A program made the position numbers and the translations under genes. The notes beneath the pieces were generated by a model that saw only the letters and a list, made by a program, of their open reading frames with translations, did not search any database and had not been told where the DNA came from. From the NCBI GenBank assembly GCA_051879975.1, contig JBJENB010000059.1:1-40067 (forward strand): a DNA stretch of 40,067 bases. Reading direction: 5' to 3'. Shown one piece after another: positions 17,934-26,952 of the stretch (position 1 is its first letter; every line of letters starts with the position of its first letter). Origin of the DNA: Wujia sp. GTDB lineage: Bacteria > Bacillota > Clostridia > Lachnospirales > Lachnospiraceae.

Positions 17934-19063
17934 TAATGCTGTCAATTAATGAGTTTTTGAGAAACTGGAAGAGAATTCTTACAATTTCGCTACTCATTTC
18001 GATAATGGCTGTCATTGTGACGGCGGTTAATGGAAGCTTTTCATATGAGAAAAATCTTATGGCCTCCTTTGAACAGTTCGATGGTAAGAAGGGTTATTAC
18101 GTATATGGCGGAGTATCTGGGCTGAATATAGATGAAAGCAGATATGATATATATTCTTTTTCTTCCGGCTTAATTTATGACGGGGGTTATGAGATACCCG
18201 TATACGCACAGCCGGCATGGTGTGATTTTTCTCCCCGAATATCTGAGGGAAGCTATCAGATTGGAAAAACAAAGGATGGAATGTATCCTGTTCTGGTGGG
18301 CGGAAATTATTCAGAGCGCTATCCTGTTGGAAGTATCATAGATGCCGGAAATGATACAAAGTTTATTGTCACCGGAGTTATTGTAAAAAACTCAAGTATT
18401 ATGGGAGCGGATACACTATATCAGTTCGATAAGATAGATTATAGGATGTTTTATAATTCATCCTCAGCAAATGTATTCCTGTTGGGGGATGAAAGGTTGC
18501 TTGCCCATAGTGGTATAGGACTGGTTCCGGATGGTCAGAACAGTATAGTTGTTGCCAAAAGAAATGTGTCAGACAAGGAGCTTTTAAAGGAATTTCAAAG
18601 AATACAACAACTTACCATGGGAACCTGTCTCAGATTAACTGATTTCATATCTGCAAGCGAGAATGTATATATGCAGAAAATTATGACTTATATTCCACTT
18701 GTAATAGTGGGTTTGGTGGCTGTAATAATATGCTGCTATGCATCGACATATGTAAGTTTTTTGTACAGTCTTAAGCATTATTCGATTTTTTACCTTGTAG
18801 GAGGTAAGGAATGGCAGAGGCTTTTGATATGTCTCGGTAACGGATTAGGAATCATACTAGCATCTATAGCTGAGACGGCGGCTGTATTCTGGTACATACA
18901 TTATGCGGAAATAGGAAGCGATTATATGTTTCAGATTGATGGCACGGTAATCAGACTTTTGGGTATATTTTATCTTGCATTCCTTGTCATGATGAGTCTT
19001 ATCACATGGATTTCCATGAGTGGAATGTCACCTAAGGAGCAGCTTATTAGGACTGCAGAATAA
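17930..19063 (+). CDS. ABC transporter permease, FtsX/MacB-like
   Basis: Same 1+3 TM topology; YPVGS.I...FIVTGV; YSIFYLVGG; ATGA overlap with upstream gene. Confidence 0.78.
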   Translation: MIMLSINEFLRNWKRILTISLLISIMAVIVTAVNGSFSYEKNLMASFEQFDGKKGYYVYGGVSGLNIDESRYDIYSFSSGLIYDGGYEIPVYAQPAWCDFSPRISEGSYQIGKTKDGMYPVLVGGNYSERYPVGSIIDAGNDTKFIVTGVIVKNSSIMGADTLYQFDKIDYRMFYNSSSANVFLLGDERLLAHSGIGLVPDGQNSIVVAKRNVSDKELLKEFQRIQQLTMGTCLRLTDFISASENVYMQKIMTYIPLVIVGLVAVIICCYASTYVSFLYSLKHYSIFYLVGGKEWQRLLICLGNGLGIILASIAETAAVFWYIHYAEIGSDYMFQIDGTVIRLLGIFYLAFLVMMSLITWISMSGMSPKEQLIRTAE

Positions 19064-19092
19064 TGGCTACATTGTGGATTGGAGGAGAATAG

Positions 19093-19773
19093 ATGATAGA
19101 AACAAGGGAGCTTACAAAGATATATAATAGTGGCAGGAAGAATGCATTTCAGGCCCTTACAAAGGTTTCCTTCAGGATTGAGGATGGAGAGATGGTTGCA
19201 ATTATCGGTAAATCAGGTGCGGGTAAGTCTACGCTTCTTCATATAATGGGAGCCATGGATGACTATGATGATGGAAAATGCCTGATTAATGGAAGAAATA
19301 TCAAGGGTCTCTCAGAGAACAAGCTGGCAGAGATAAGAAATCAGGAGATAGGCATAGTCATGCAGGATTTTGCGTTGATTGAGGATTATACCGTTGCTGA
19401 GAATATCGAGCTTCCTCTTTTTTTCGGAGGGGTAAAGGGCAAAGAGAAGAAAAGACTTGTTAAGGCTGCCATGGAAAGCACTGGTATAGCTGAGCTTGCT
19501 GATAAGACTGTGAAGAAGCTGTCAGGTGGTCAGAAGCAGAGAACTGCCATAGCGAGAGCTATAGTATCAAATCCGGATTATATACTGGCGGACGAGCCTA
19601 CCGGAGCACTTGATACAAAGACCAGTGCCGAGATAATGGATTTGTTCAAGGAGCTAAACGAAAAGGGGAAAACCGTTATCATAATTACCCACGACCCACA
19701 GGTGGCAAATCAGTGTGACAGAATAATCGAAATTTCCGACGGAAGGATAAAGCAAACCTCACAGGCCATATAG
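19093..19773 (+). CDS. ABC transporter ATP-binding protein (LolD/MacB family)
   Basis: GKSGAGKST, LSGGQKQR, ILADEPTGALD, IITHD. Confidence 0.95.
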   Translation: MIETRELTKIYNSGRKNAFQALTKVSFRIEDGEMVAIIGKSGAGKSTLLHIMGAMDDYDDGKCLINGRNIKGLSENKLAEIRNQEIGIVMQDFALIEDYTVAENIELPLFFGGVKGKEKKRLVKAAMESTGIAELADKTVKKLSGGQKQRTAIARAIVSNPDYILADEPTGALDTKTSAEIMDLFKELNEKGKTVIIITHDPQVANQCDRIIEISDGRIKQTSQAI

Positions 19774-19789
19774 GCTTGTGAGGTTTTTT
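19754..19789. terminator. Terminator hairpin overlapping the ATPase stop codon, between convergent genes
   Basis: AAACCTCACAGGCC / GGCTTGTGAGGTTT then T-run. Confidence 0.8.
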
Positions 19790-19797
19790 AAATCATT

Positions 19798-20697
19798 TTA
19801 CTCCTTGTCTGTATCCAGCTTGCCCATATAGTTAGTGAGAGCCAGACAAAGAACACATATTACGATGCCAATAATCACTTGAACAGCTGAGGTTCCGGAC
19901 AAACCATATTCCTGGTCAACCTTATAGAAAATAGAAACCGGGGAAGCAATGATTAATCCCAATATGGCACTATAGGTTGCAGAAGAATAGTGCTCAAACA
20001 GCCATGCAATCAGCTTGGAGATAAAAAAGATTCCAAGTAAACAGCCGATTGCAAATGGTGCAAGTATGAAACCACGGTCTAACATTACATTTATGTCAAG
20101 GTCTTTGAGTCCGCTTACAAAATCCTTGACTGCTGATATTATTCCAAAATAATATCCAAGAATCATTAGAACAAGGGAACCGGATACACCCGGAATAATC
20201 ATAGTTGCAGATGCAATAATACCTATAAAGAACATTACAATAACTGTTTTCAGATCAACACTGAGGAGAACTCCGCTTTCAGAATCGCCGTTCATAAAAA
20301 GCATTGCAATTGCCACCACCATAAATATGACAAATAAAGCAACATTTAATATGTAAGATTTATTTTTATCCGTTTTGCATGCATTTGATAAAGATTTAAC
20401 AATCATTGGAAGACCACCGAATATAAGTCCGGAAAATGCAATGGATGTAATAAATGGTTGATTTTCCAGCATCCAAGGAATGATGAAGGTGAATCCAACT
20501 ATACCAATAGCCATTCCGATAATAATAGGAAACAGTGTCTTAATACTATTTTTGAAGTCCTTTAATAGATTTGAAATAGAGGAAAGCAGCTTGTCATATA
20601 TTCCAAAGGAAACAGCCATAGTTCCACCGCTGACACCGGGTATTACATTTGCTACACCAACAAATACACCCTTAATAAGCTCTGTTAAGAAATTCAT
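19798..20697 (-). CDS. DUF368 family membrane protein (undecaprenyl-phosphate translocase family)
   Basis: Duplicated motifs GVANVIPGVSGGTMA and ATMIIPGVSGSLVL; multiple TM. Confidence 0.93.
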   Translation of the reverse strand: MNFLTELIKGVFVGVANVIPGVSGGTMAVSFGIYDKLLSSISNLLKDFKNSIKTLFPIIIGMAIGIVGFTFIIPWMLENQPFITSIAFSGLIFGGLPMIVKSLSNACKTDKNKSYILNVALFVIFMVVAIAMLFMNGDSESGVLLSVDLKTVIVMFFIGIIASATMIIPGVSGSLVLMILGYYFGIISAVKDFVSGLKDLDINVMLDRGFILAPFAIGCLLGIFFISKLIAWLFEHYSSATYSAILGLIIASPVSIFYKVDQEYGLSGTSAVQVIIGIVICVLCLALTNYMGKLDTDKE

Positions 20698-20732
20698 AAA
20701 TTAATACCTCTTTTTTTTATTATACGTCACTA

Positions 20733-20762
20733 ATGTTAAGCCGATTTACAGGGGTTTGTCAA
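20733..20762 (-). promoter_or_regulatory. Putative DUF368 promoter
   Basis: Minus strand TTGACA, 18 bp, TAACAT. Confidence 0.5.
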
Positions 20763-20810
20763 CACAAAATAACCACTTATAAGTGACACAAAATATTAAC
20801 ATTATCCCTA

Positions 20811-20839
20811 TTGCAAATACTGATATGCCATGCTATGAT
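20811..20839 (+). promoter_or_regulatory. Putative promoter for first DegV gene
   Basis: TTGCAA, 17 bp, TATGAT with TG extension. Confidence 0.6.
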
Positions 20840-20876
20840 ATGTAGTAATGAAAACCACATTTCGCGAGGTGCTATA

Positions 20877-21707
20877 ATGAATTTTAAAATTGTTGGAGAC
20901 AGCTGCTGTGATTTATCCAGGGAGCAATTAAATAAAGAATACTTTTTCAGCGTTCCTCTTACCTTGACAATAGGAGATAAGGTGTTTGTAGATGATGAGA
21001 ATTTAGATACAAAGAAATTTCTTGAGGAGATGGAGGCAAGCCCTGAGTGTCCTAAGTCTGCTTGTCCGTCACCGGAAGCCTTTATGGAGCGATTTGAGGA
21101 TGCGGAGAACATATATGTTGTAACTCTTTCTTCAAAGCTGAGTGGCTCGTATAATAGCGCAGTTTTGGCAAGACAGATATATCTTGAAGACCATCCTGAT
21201 GTAAATATACATGTGTTTGATTCTAAGAGTGCTGCCGCAGCGCAGAGACTTATATGTGAGAAAATTGAAGAGTTATGCTTAGAGGGTTTAAGCTTTAGCC
21301 AGGTTGTGAAGCAGGTTGATGATTATATTCAAAATCAAAAAACATTATTTGTACTTGAAAATCTTGATGTAATGCGCAAGAATGGCAGACTTTCTGCTGT
21401 TAAGGCGGTTGTTGCCAATGTACTTAACATAAAGCCTGTTTTGTATGGGGTGGATGGAGAGATACATCAGCTTGACCAGGCAAGGGGAATGAACAAGTCC
21501 CTAAACAGACTGCTTTGGCACATAGAGAAGGAGGATTATGATGTAAATCGGAAGGTTGTCATATCCCAGTGTGAGAGCTATGAGCGTTGTATGAATGTAA
21601 AGAAAATTCTTATTGAGAAGTTTGGATTTAAGAAGGTTGAGGTCGTTCCGGCAAGAGGCTTGAGTACGATGTATATGAGTCGCGGAGGCGTTGTGGTGGC
21701 ATTTTAA
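20877..21707 (+). CDS. DegV/FakB family fatty-acid binding protein
   Basis: KIVGDSCCDL, PKSACPSP, LSSKLSGSYNSA, FDSKS, KNGRL, LNIKP; start ATG 20877 with SD GAGGT. Confidence 0.94.
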   Translation: MNFKIVGDSCCDLSREQLNKEYFFSVPLTLTIGDKVFVDDENLDTKKFLEEMEASPECPKSACPSPEAFMERFEDAENIYVVTLSSKLSGSYNSAVLARQIYLEDHPDVNIHVFDSKSAAAAQRLICEKIEELCLEGLSFSQVVKQVDDYIQNQKTLFVLENLDVMRKNGRLSAVKAVVANVLNIKPVLYGVDGEIHQLDQARGMNKSLNRLLWHIEKEDYDVNRKVVISQCESYERCMNVKKILIEKFGFKKVEVVPARGLSTMYMSRGGVVVAF

Positions 21708-21740
21708 TTTTATAATTATTGGTACATATTGGTGCCATTG

Positions 21741-21782
21741 AAAGAGAAGCTATATCATGGTGTTTGATAGGCTTCTTTTTTT
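21741..21782 (+). terminator. Intrinsic terminator
   Basis: AAAGAGAAGC-TATATCA...TGATA-GGCTTCTTTTT hairpin with T-run. Confidence 0.7.
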
Positions 21783-21824
21783 CTTTTCAGAAATTGTAAA
21801 TGGATACCAGATTAGACTATTCTC

Positions 21825-21853
21825 TTGCTCCTTTTCTGTCACAATGATATAAT
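21825..21853 (+). promoter_or_regulatory. Putative promoter for amidase-like gene
   Basis: TTGCTC, 17 bp, TATAAT with TG extension. Confidence 0.65.
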
Positions 21854-21899
21854 GAGGTAATAGTAATAAAGTATTTTACTATAGATATTTGGGAGAAAA

Positions 21900-23012
21900 A
21901 TGATGAAACACCATAGAATGATTAAGAGCATACTCATTATGCTGGCATTAATTATGCTGTGCGGCTGTGGCTCGAAGGAAAAGATAAAGGACAGCGCAGA
22001 GGGAGAAGCCACTCCGACGGATGCTTCTGCGATAACAGAAGAACAGGTAACCGGACAGGATGTTGCTTCTGTGGCGGTAACAGATGAAAGGACGAAGGAT
22101 GAAGATGGTTTCTATATTCTGGACGATTACGTTATGGTGACTGCAGAAATCATTAATATAAGAACCAAGCCAAGTACAGATGCACCGGTATATATGATGC
22201 TTGAGATGGGAAATGTGATTAAGAGAACCGGTGAAAATGGCGAGTGGACCAGGGTGAATATTGATGGCTCAAGCTTTTATGCATATTCGGAATTTGTACA
22301 GGAAACGGAACCGCCTGTCGCTGAGGAGCCTGAAACTCCGGAGGATACCTATGAGGCGACCGGAACAGATACTGAACAGCAGAGCACCAAAATAATAGTC
22401 ATTGATCCGGGCAATCAGGCAAGTGCTAATTTTTCTGTTGAAGCAATAGGACCTTCGACGGATGTAACAAAGCAGTGTGCAACTGTTGGCAATGTTGGAA
22501 CAACGCTTGGTACTAAAGAATATGCCCTTAATTTGGAATATGCAACGCTTCTTAAGCAGGAGCTTGAAAAGAGAGGGTATAAGGTTGTACTTACGAGAGA
22601 ATCCAATAATGTGGATATTTCTAACAAGTCCCGTGCATTGGTTGCCTCCACTAATTCGGCAGATATTCTTATTAGAATTCAAATGAATTACAGCACGAAT
22701 GCAGAATTAACCGGGGCTATGGCAATATGTATGACATCCACAAGTCAGTATAATAGCAACTTGTATAGTGACAGTAAAACACTGTCAACCAGGCTGTTGC
22801 AGGGCTTAATTGCTGCAACAGGTTCCGATAATCATGGTGTATACGAAACGGATGCCATGACCTTTATCAATTGGAGCGAGGTTCCTGTTGCGATTGTTAA
22901 GATAGGCTTTTTAAGTAATACCGATGAGGAAGCAACATTGATATCTGATGAATATAAACAAAAGGTAGTCACAGGTTTGGCTGATGGTGTTGATTATTAT
23001 TTTGCAAAATAG
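21900..23012 (+). CDS. Lipoprotein with SH3b domain and N-acetylmuramoyl-L-alanine amidase (Amidase_3) fold, catalytic residues substituted
   Basis: Lipobox LCGC; INIRTKPST...NGEWTRV (SH3b); IVIDPGN, EYALNL, GYKVVLTR, ADILIRIQ, VPVAIVKIGFLSN. Confidence 0.88.
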   Translation: MMKHHRMIKSILIMLALIMLCGCGSKEKIKDSAEGEATPTDASAITEEQVTGQDVASVAVTDERTKDEDGFYILDDYVMVTAEIINIRTKPSTDAPVYMMLEMGNVIKRTGENGEWTRVNIDGSSFYAYSEFVQETEPPVAEEPETPEDTYEATGTDTEQQSTKIIVIDPGNQASANFSVEAIGPSTDVTKQCATVGNVGTTLGTKEYALNLEYATLLKQELEKRGYKVVLTRESNNVDISNKSRALVASTNSADILIRIQMNYSTNAELTGAMAICMTSTSQYNSNLYSDSKTLSTRLLQGLIAATGSDNHGVYETDAMTFINWSEVPVAIVKIGFLSNTDEEATLISDEYKQKVVTGLADGVDYYFAK

Positions 23013-23030
23013 AAATGGAGGAAAGGTACT

Positions 23031-23903
23031 TTGAAGGATTATATACTTGTAAGCGATTCTACAGCGGATTTGCCAAAGGAAATAATAAGGGAATATGGTA
23101 TTAAAATAGTACCATTTTCATTTTCAATAAATGATGAGGTTACGAAATATTATCTGGATGAAAGAGATGAGGATATTAAACTATTCTACGATAAGCTGAG
23201 AAAAGGTGCCATGCCGGTAACCTCTCAGATTAATCCTGATACATACAAGTGCTTTTTTGAGGAGCTTGTTAAGGAGGGAAAGTCGGTTTTATATCTTGCC
23301 TTTTCATCGGGATTAAGTGGTTCCTATCAAACATCACTCCTTGGCATCAATTTGCTCAAGGAGAAGTATCCCGATGCAGAAATTGTTGCAATTGATTCAA
23401 AGTCGGCTTCAGTAGGACAGGGAGCTTTTTTATACGAGGCGGCATTGAGAAAGGCTCAGGGCTATACCATTGAAGAGCTGACGGACTGGATTAACAGTAA
23501 GATTAATAAGGTAAGCCATTGGTTTATGGTTGAGGACTTATTTCATCTTAAGAGAGGTGGAAGGGTGACAACTGTTGAGGCGATGGTGGGTAGCGCTCTT
23601 AAGATTAAACCAATTTTAAGTGTGGATGATGATGGTAAGCTTGTTGTTAAGTCTAAAACAAGAGGAGTCGGAAATGCATTAGAATATCTGAGAGATAGAA
23701 CCATAGAAGAAGGTGGCGATTTATCAGTACTTAGAGCCGTAATAGGAAATGCCGACTCAATGGAAAAGGCTGAAAGACTTAAGGCAATGGTGGTTGAGGC
23801 AGGAATGAGGGAAGAAAACATAATGATTGCTTCCATAGGACCGATTATAGGTACACATGTAGGTGCCGGTATGGCAGCGATAGCATTTGTAAGACCGGAA
23901 TAA
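23031..23903 (+). CDS. DegV/FakB family fatty-acid binding protein
   Basis: SDSTADLP, PVTSQIN, FSSGLSGSY, IDSKSAS.GQG, LKRGGR, LKIKP, IGTHVG; TTG start with SD. Confidence 0.95.
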   Translation: MKDYILVSDSTADLPKEIIREYGIKIVPFSFSINDEVTKYYLDERDEDIKLFYDKLRKGAMPVTSQINPDTYKCFFEELVKEGKSVLYLAFSSGLSGSYQTSLLGINLLKEKYPDAEIVAIDSKSASVGQGAFLYEAALRKAQGYTIEELTDWINSKINKVSHWFMVEDLFHLKRGGRVTTVEAMVGSALKIKPILSVDDDGKLVVKSKTRGVGNALEYLRDRTIEEGGDLSVLRAVIGNADSMEKAERLKAMVVEAGMREENIMIASIGPIIGTHVGAGMAAIAFVRPE

Positions 23904-23908
23904 TAAAG

Positions 23909-23952
23909 AAAAGGAGATACAAGCTGAGATATTAGTTTGTGTCTCCTTTTTT
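23909..23952 (+). terminator. Intrinsic terminator
   Basis: AAAAGGAGATACAAGCT...AGTTTGTGTCTCCTTTTTT. Confidence 0.85.
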
Positions 23953-24143
23953 GTGTATACGATGAGATATTTTATGATATTAGTGCTTTGATGTAACAAT
24001 AGGTATAGAAGATGAAATCGTTTTTATGAGGGTATTTCGACAAAAGGTGACATAATTCACTATATATAGTTGACATAATGGTATACACTCCACTAGATAT
24101 TGAAAAATTATTTGTGAATTTATTACGAATTTGTGTCATAAGG

Positions 24144-24172
24144 TTGACATCATTATTTTATAATGTTAATAT
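24144..24172 (+). promoter_or_regulatory. Promoter for cell-wall hydrolase gene
   Basis: TTGACA, 17 bp, TAATAT with TG extension. Confidence 0.65.
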
Positions 24173-24212
24173 ACTTTCGTAACAAATATGTAATAATTTT
24201 TTAGGTGAGTGT

Positions 24213-25370
24213 ATGAGTAGAAGAAACAAATTAAAGCTTAGAAGGATTAAGTCTTTCTGCTCACGAGAGATACTTAGTGGAAGATACTTTGTGAGAAATA
24301 CAATGATTGCTACGTTAGTAATAACTGCAATAGTAGTTATTATGGGTGTTGCATTCGTAGTAGGAGATGCTTCGGAAACAAGTGCAACTGATACTGACGC
24401 CGAAGAGATAGCAGTTGTAGATATAAATACACAGGATGAAATTGTTGTTGCGGAGCTTGAGGATAATGCAGATATAGTAACAGAAGAAAATCCTGATATA
24501 CAGAATACAGAAGATAGCACAGAAGAGAATGTTGAAGAACATGAGGTTGGCGTTGAGGCAGTTGAAAGCCAGTTGGTTACCAATCCGGGTAAATATGATG
24601 GCAGATTTATCACTATAAGCAGTGGCTTGAATATAAGAAAGGGTGCAGGCGTGGATTATGCTGTCATAGGATATCTTGATAAAGGTATGGTTGGAGAAGT
24701 CTTAGGTACTGACGGAGAATGGACCAACATTAAGGTTGGAGATTTGAAGGGATATGTTAAGACTGAGTATATAAAAATCGGTGATGAAGCTTGGTTATAT
24801 GCTGAGAATAATGGTTATTCTTTAGATAAGCTTACATATTTTGCAGCAGTTGAGGAGCCAAGTCAGCAACCGGAAAGCTCATCAACCACAGAAGCACCTG
24901 CCACTACGGAGGCACCTGCAGCCACGGAAGCTCCTGCCACCACAGAAGCGCCGGCTCAGGAGGATAATTCGGCTTATGTTGATGTACCTGTTACAACCAG
25001 AGCTGCACTTTCGTTAAGCGAGGAGGATATTAAGCTAATCGCTTGCGTTGTTGCGGCGGAGAGTGGAGATGAGCCGTATGAGGGTCAGCTTGCAGTAGCA
25101 AATGTCATTATCAACAGATATCTGTCTGGCAAGTGGGGCAATTCAATTTACGATGTATTATACGCAAAGAACCAGTTTACAACTGTTTATTCTGAGAGAT
25201 TTAAAAACAATATGGAAAATGGACCGAAGGAGTCTTCTTTACAGGCTGCGAGGGAGGCAGTAGCGGGAAATAATAATATAGGCTCGTATATGTCCTTCAG
25301 ACCGAAGTCATATTTGAATAGCCTGAACCCAAGTTCATATACAATAATAGGAAATCATTTATTCTTTTAA
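24213..25370 (+). CDS. Cell wall hydrolase (Hydrolase_2/SleB-like) with SH3b domain and N-terminal TM
   Basis: LNIRKGAG...GEWTNI...KGYVKTEY (SH3b); VVAAESGDEPYEGQLAVANVIINR, VLYAKNQF, IGNHLF. Confidence 0.92.
   Translation: MSRRNKLKLRRIKSFCSREILSGRYFVRNTMIATLVITAIVVIMGVAFVVGDASETSATDTDAEEIAVVDINTQDEIVVAELEDNADIVTEENPDIQNTEDSTEENVEEHEVGVEAVESQLVTNPGKYDGRFITISSGLNIRKGAGVDYAVIGYLDKGMVGEVLGTDGEWTNIKVGDLKGYVKTEYIKIGDEAWLYAENNGYSLDKLTYFAAVEEPSQQPESSSTTEAPATTEAPAATEAPATTEAPAQEDNSAYVDVPVTTRAALSLSEEDIKLIACVVAAESGDEPYEGQLAVANVIINRYLSGKWGNSIYDVLYAKNQFTTVYSERFKNNMENGPKESSLQAAREAVAGNNNIGSYMSFRPKSYLNSLNPSSYTIIGNHLFF
24885..24956 (+). repeat. 4 x 18-bp coding repeat (TTEAPA linker)
   Basis: TTEAPA TTEAPA ATEAPA TTEAPA with divergent synonymous codons. 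Confidence 0.85.
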
Positions 25371-25374
25371 TTTT

Positions 25375-25405
25375 AAAGGTATCGCTTGTATGCGATACCT
25401 TTTTT
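25375..25405 (+). terminator. Intrinsic terminator
   Basis: AAAGGTATCGC / GCGATACCTTT plus T-run. Confidence 0.9.
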
Positions 25406-25417
25406 CATACAATTATC

Positions 25418-25446
25418 TTGCATAATATGTAAACAAGATGTATATT
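25418..25446 (+). promoter_or_regulatory. argG promoter, possible ArgR half-box at -35
   Basis: TTGCAT, 17 bp, TATATT; TGCATAAT resembles an ARG-box half site. Confidence 0.55.
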
Positions 25447-25516
25447 AACAGAGTGGAAAATATACACGAATAATATCGGAAGGGAGTCCGATTAGAAATA
25501 ATAGGAGGATTTATTT

Positions 25517-26743
25517 ATGGCAAAAGAAAAGGTTGTATTAGCATATTCAGGTGGACTTGATACTACTGCAATTATTCCATGGCTTAAGGAAACATATGGT
25601 TATGATGTTATCTGCTGCTGTGTTGATGTTGGACAGGAAAGCGAGCTTGAAGGACTTGATGAGAGAGCGAGGTACTCAGGTGCTGAGAAGTTATATATAG
25701 AGGATGTTGTTGACGAGCTTTGTGATGAGTATATTATGCCTACAGTAAAGGCAAATGCAGTATATGAGAATAAGTATTTACTTGGTACTTCATTTGCAAG
25801 ACCACTTATAGCTAAGAAGCTTGTTGAGATTGCACGTAAGGAAGGCGCAGTTGCAATTTGTCACGGTGCAACCGGTAAGGGAAATGACCAGCTCCGTTTC
25901 GAGCTTTCAATTAAGGCACTTGCTCCGGATATCAAGGTTATCGCTACCTGGAGACAGCCTGAGTGGACAATGCAGTCAAGAGAAGACGAGATAGAATTCT
26001 GTAAGGCACATGGTATTGATTTACCATTTGATGCAAGCCATAGCTACAGCCGTGACAGAAATATCTGGCATATAAGCCATGAGGGACTTGAACTTGAGAG
26101 TCCTGCTCTTGCACCAAACTATGATGACCTTCTTGTCCTTTCAGTAACGCCACAGAATGCACCGGATGAGGCAGAGGATGTAGAGCTTGATTTTGAGCAG
26201 GGTATTCCTGTTGCTTTAAATGGAAAGAGAATGAAGGTTTCAGATATTATCCGTGAGCTTAACCGACTTGGTGGTAAGCATGGTATTGGTATTATCGATA
26301 TTGTTGAGAACCGTGTTGTTGGTATGAAGTCACGTGGTGTATACGAGACTCCGGGTGGAACAATTCTTATGGAGGCACATACTCAGCTTGAGGAAATATG
26401 CCTTGACAGAGAGACATTGGCATACAAGAAGCTTGTAGCTACAAGATTTGCCGATCTTGTATACGAAGGAAAGTGGTTCTGCCCACTTAGAGAGAGCCTT
26501 TCAGCATTTGTTGATAAGACTCAGGAAACAGTAACCGGTAAGGTTAAGATGAAGCTCTACAAGGGTAACATTATTAAGCAGGGAACAACCTCACCATACT
26601 CACTTTACTCAGAGTCTCTTGCAAGCTTTACAACCGGTGATCTTTATGACCACAAGGATGCATCAGGCTTCATTAACCTCTTTGGCCTTTCAATGAAGGT
26701 TCGTGCTATGATGAAGCAGAATGTAGAGAAGAACGAGAAGTAA
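25517..26743 (+). CDS. argG: Argininosuccinate synthase
   Basis: [51 protein letters not shown]. Confidence 0.98.
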   Translation: MAKEKVVLAYSGGLDTTAIIPWLKETYGYDVICCCVDVGQESELEGLDERARYSGAEKLYIEDVVDELCDEYIMPTVKANAVYENKYLLGTSFARPLIAKKLVEIARKEGAVAICHGATGKGNDQLRFELSIKALAPDIKVIATWRQPEWTMQSREDEIEFCKAHGIDLPFDASHSYSRDRNIWHISHEGLELESPALAPNYDDLLVLSVTPQNAPDEAEDVELDFEQGIPVALNGKRMKVSDIIRELNRLGGKHGIGIIDIVENRVVGMKSRGVYETPGGTILMEAHTQLEEICLDRETLAYKKLVATRFADLVYEGKWFCPLRESLSAFVDKTQETVTGKVKMKLYKGNIIKQGTTSPYSLYSESLASFTTGDLYDHKDASGFINLFGLSMKVRAMMKQNVEKNEK

Positions 26744-26747
26744 ATAT

Positions 26748-26857
26748 TATTTCACGTTACCTGCCGGCTCCGTGTTTTTTTCGCCTTATGTCGATGTCCG
26801 CAAGCGCACATCGTCGCAAGGCTCATTATTTCATATAATATGAGGGACTGTGAAATA
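26748..26857. repeat. Structured intergenic element with nested inverted repeats (REP/MITE-like)
   Basis: Terminal TATTTCAC / GTGAAATA; internal GCCTT..CGATGT / ACATCG..AAGGC and CTCAT / ATGAG stems; GC-richer than other spacers. Confidence 0.5.
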
Positions 26858-26866
26858 CTCCCACCA

Positions 26867-26902
26867 AAAAAATAGCTATGGGCTCGCCCATAGCTATTTT
26901 TT
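26867..26902. terminator. Bidirectional terminator
   Basis: AAAAAATAGCTATGGGC-TC-GCCCATAGCTATTTTTT perfect 17-bp arms between convergent genes. Confidence 0.92.
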
Positions 26903-26952
26903 GTATAAGACTAACTGATAATATCAATAACATTATACAGTACGTTTCTTTA

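Noticed and set aside
157-23966. tRNA-anchored genomic island bounded by the 20-bp direct repeat
   Set aside because: No integrase, repeat is not the tRNA 3' end, and the interval contains core genes such as gltX
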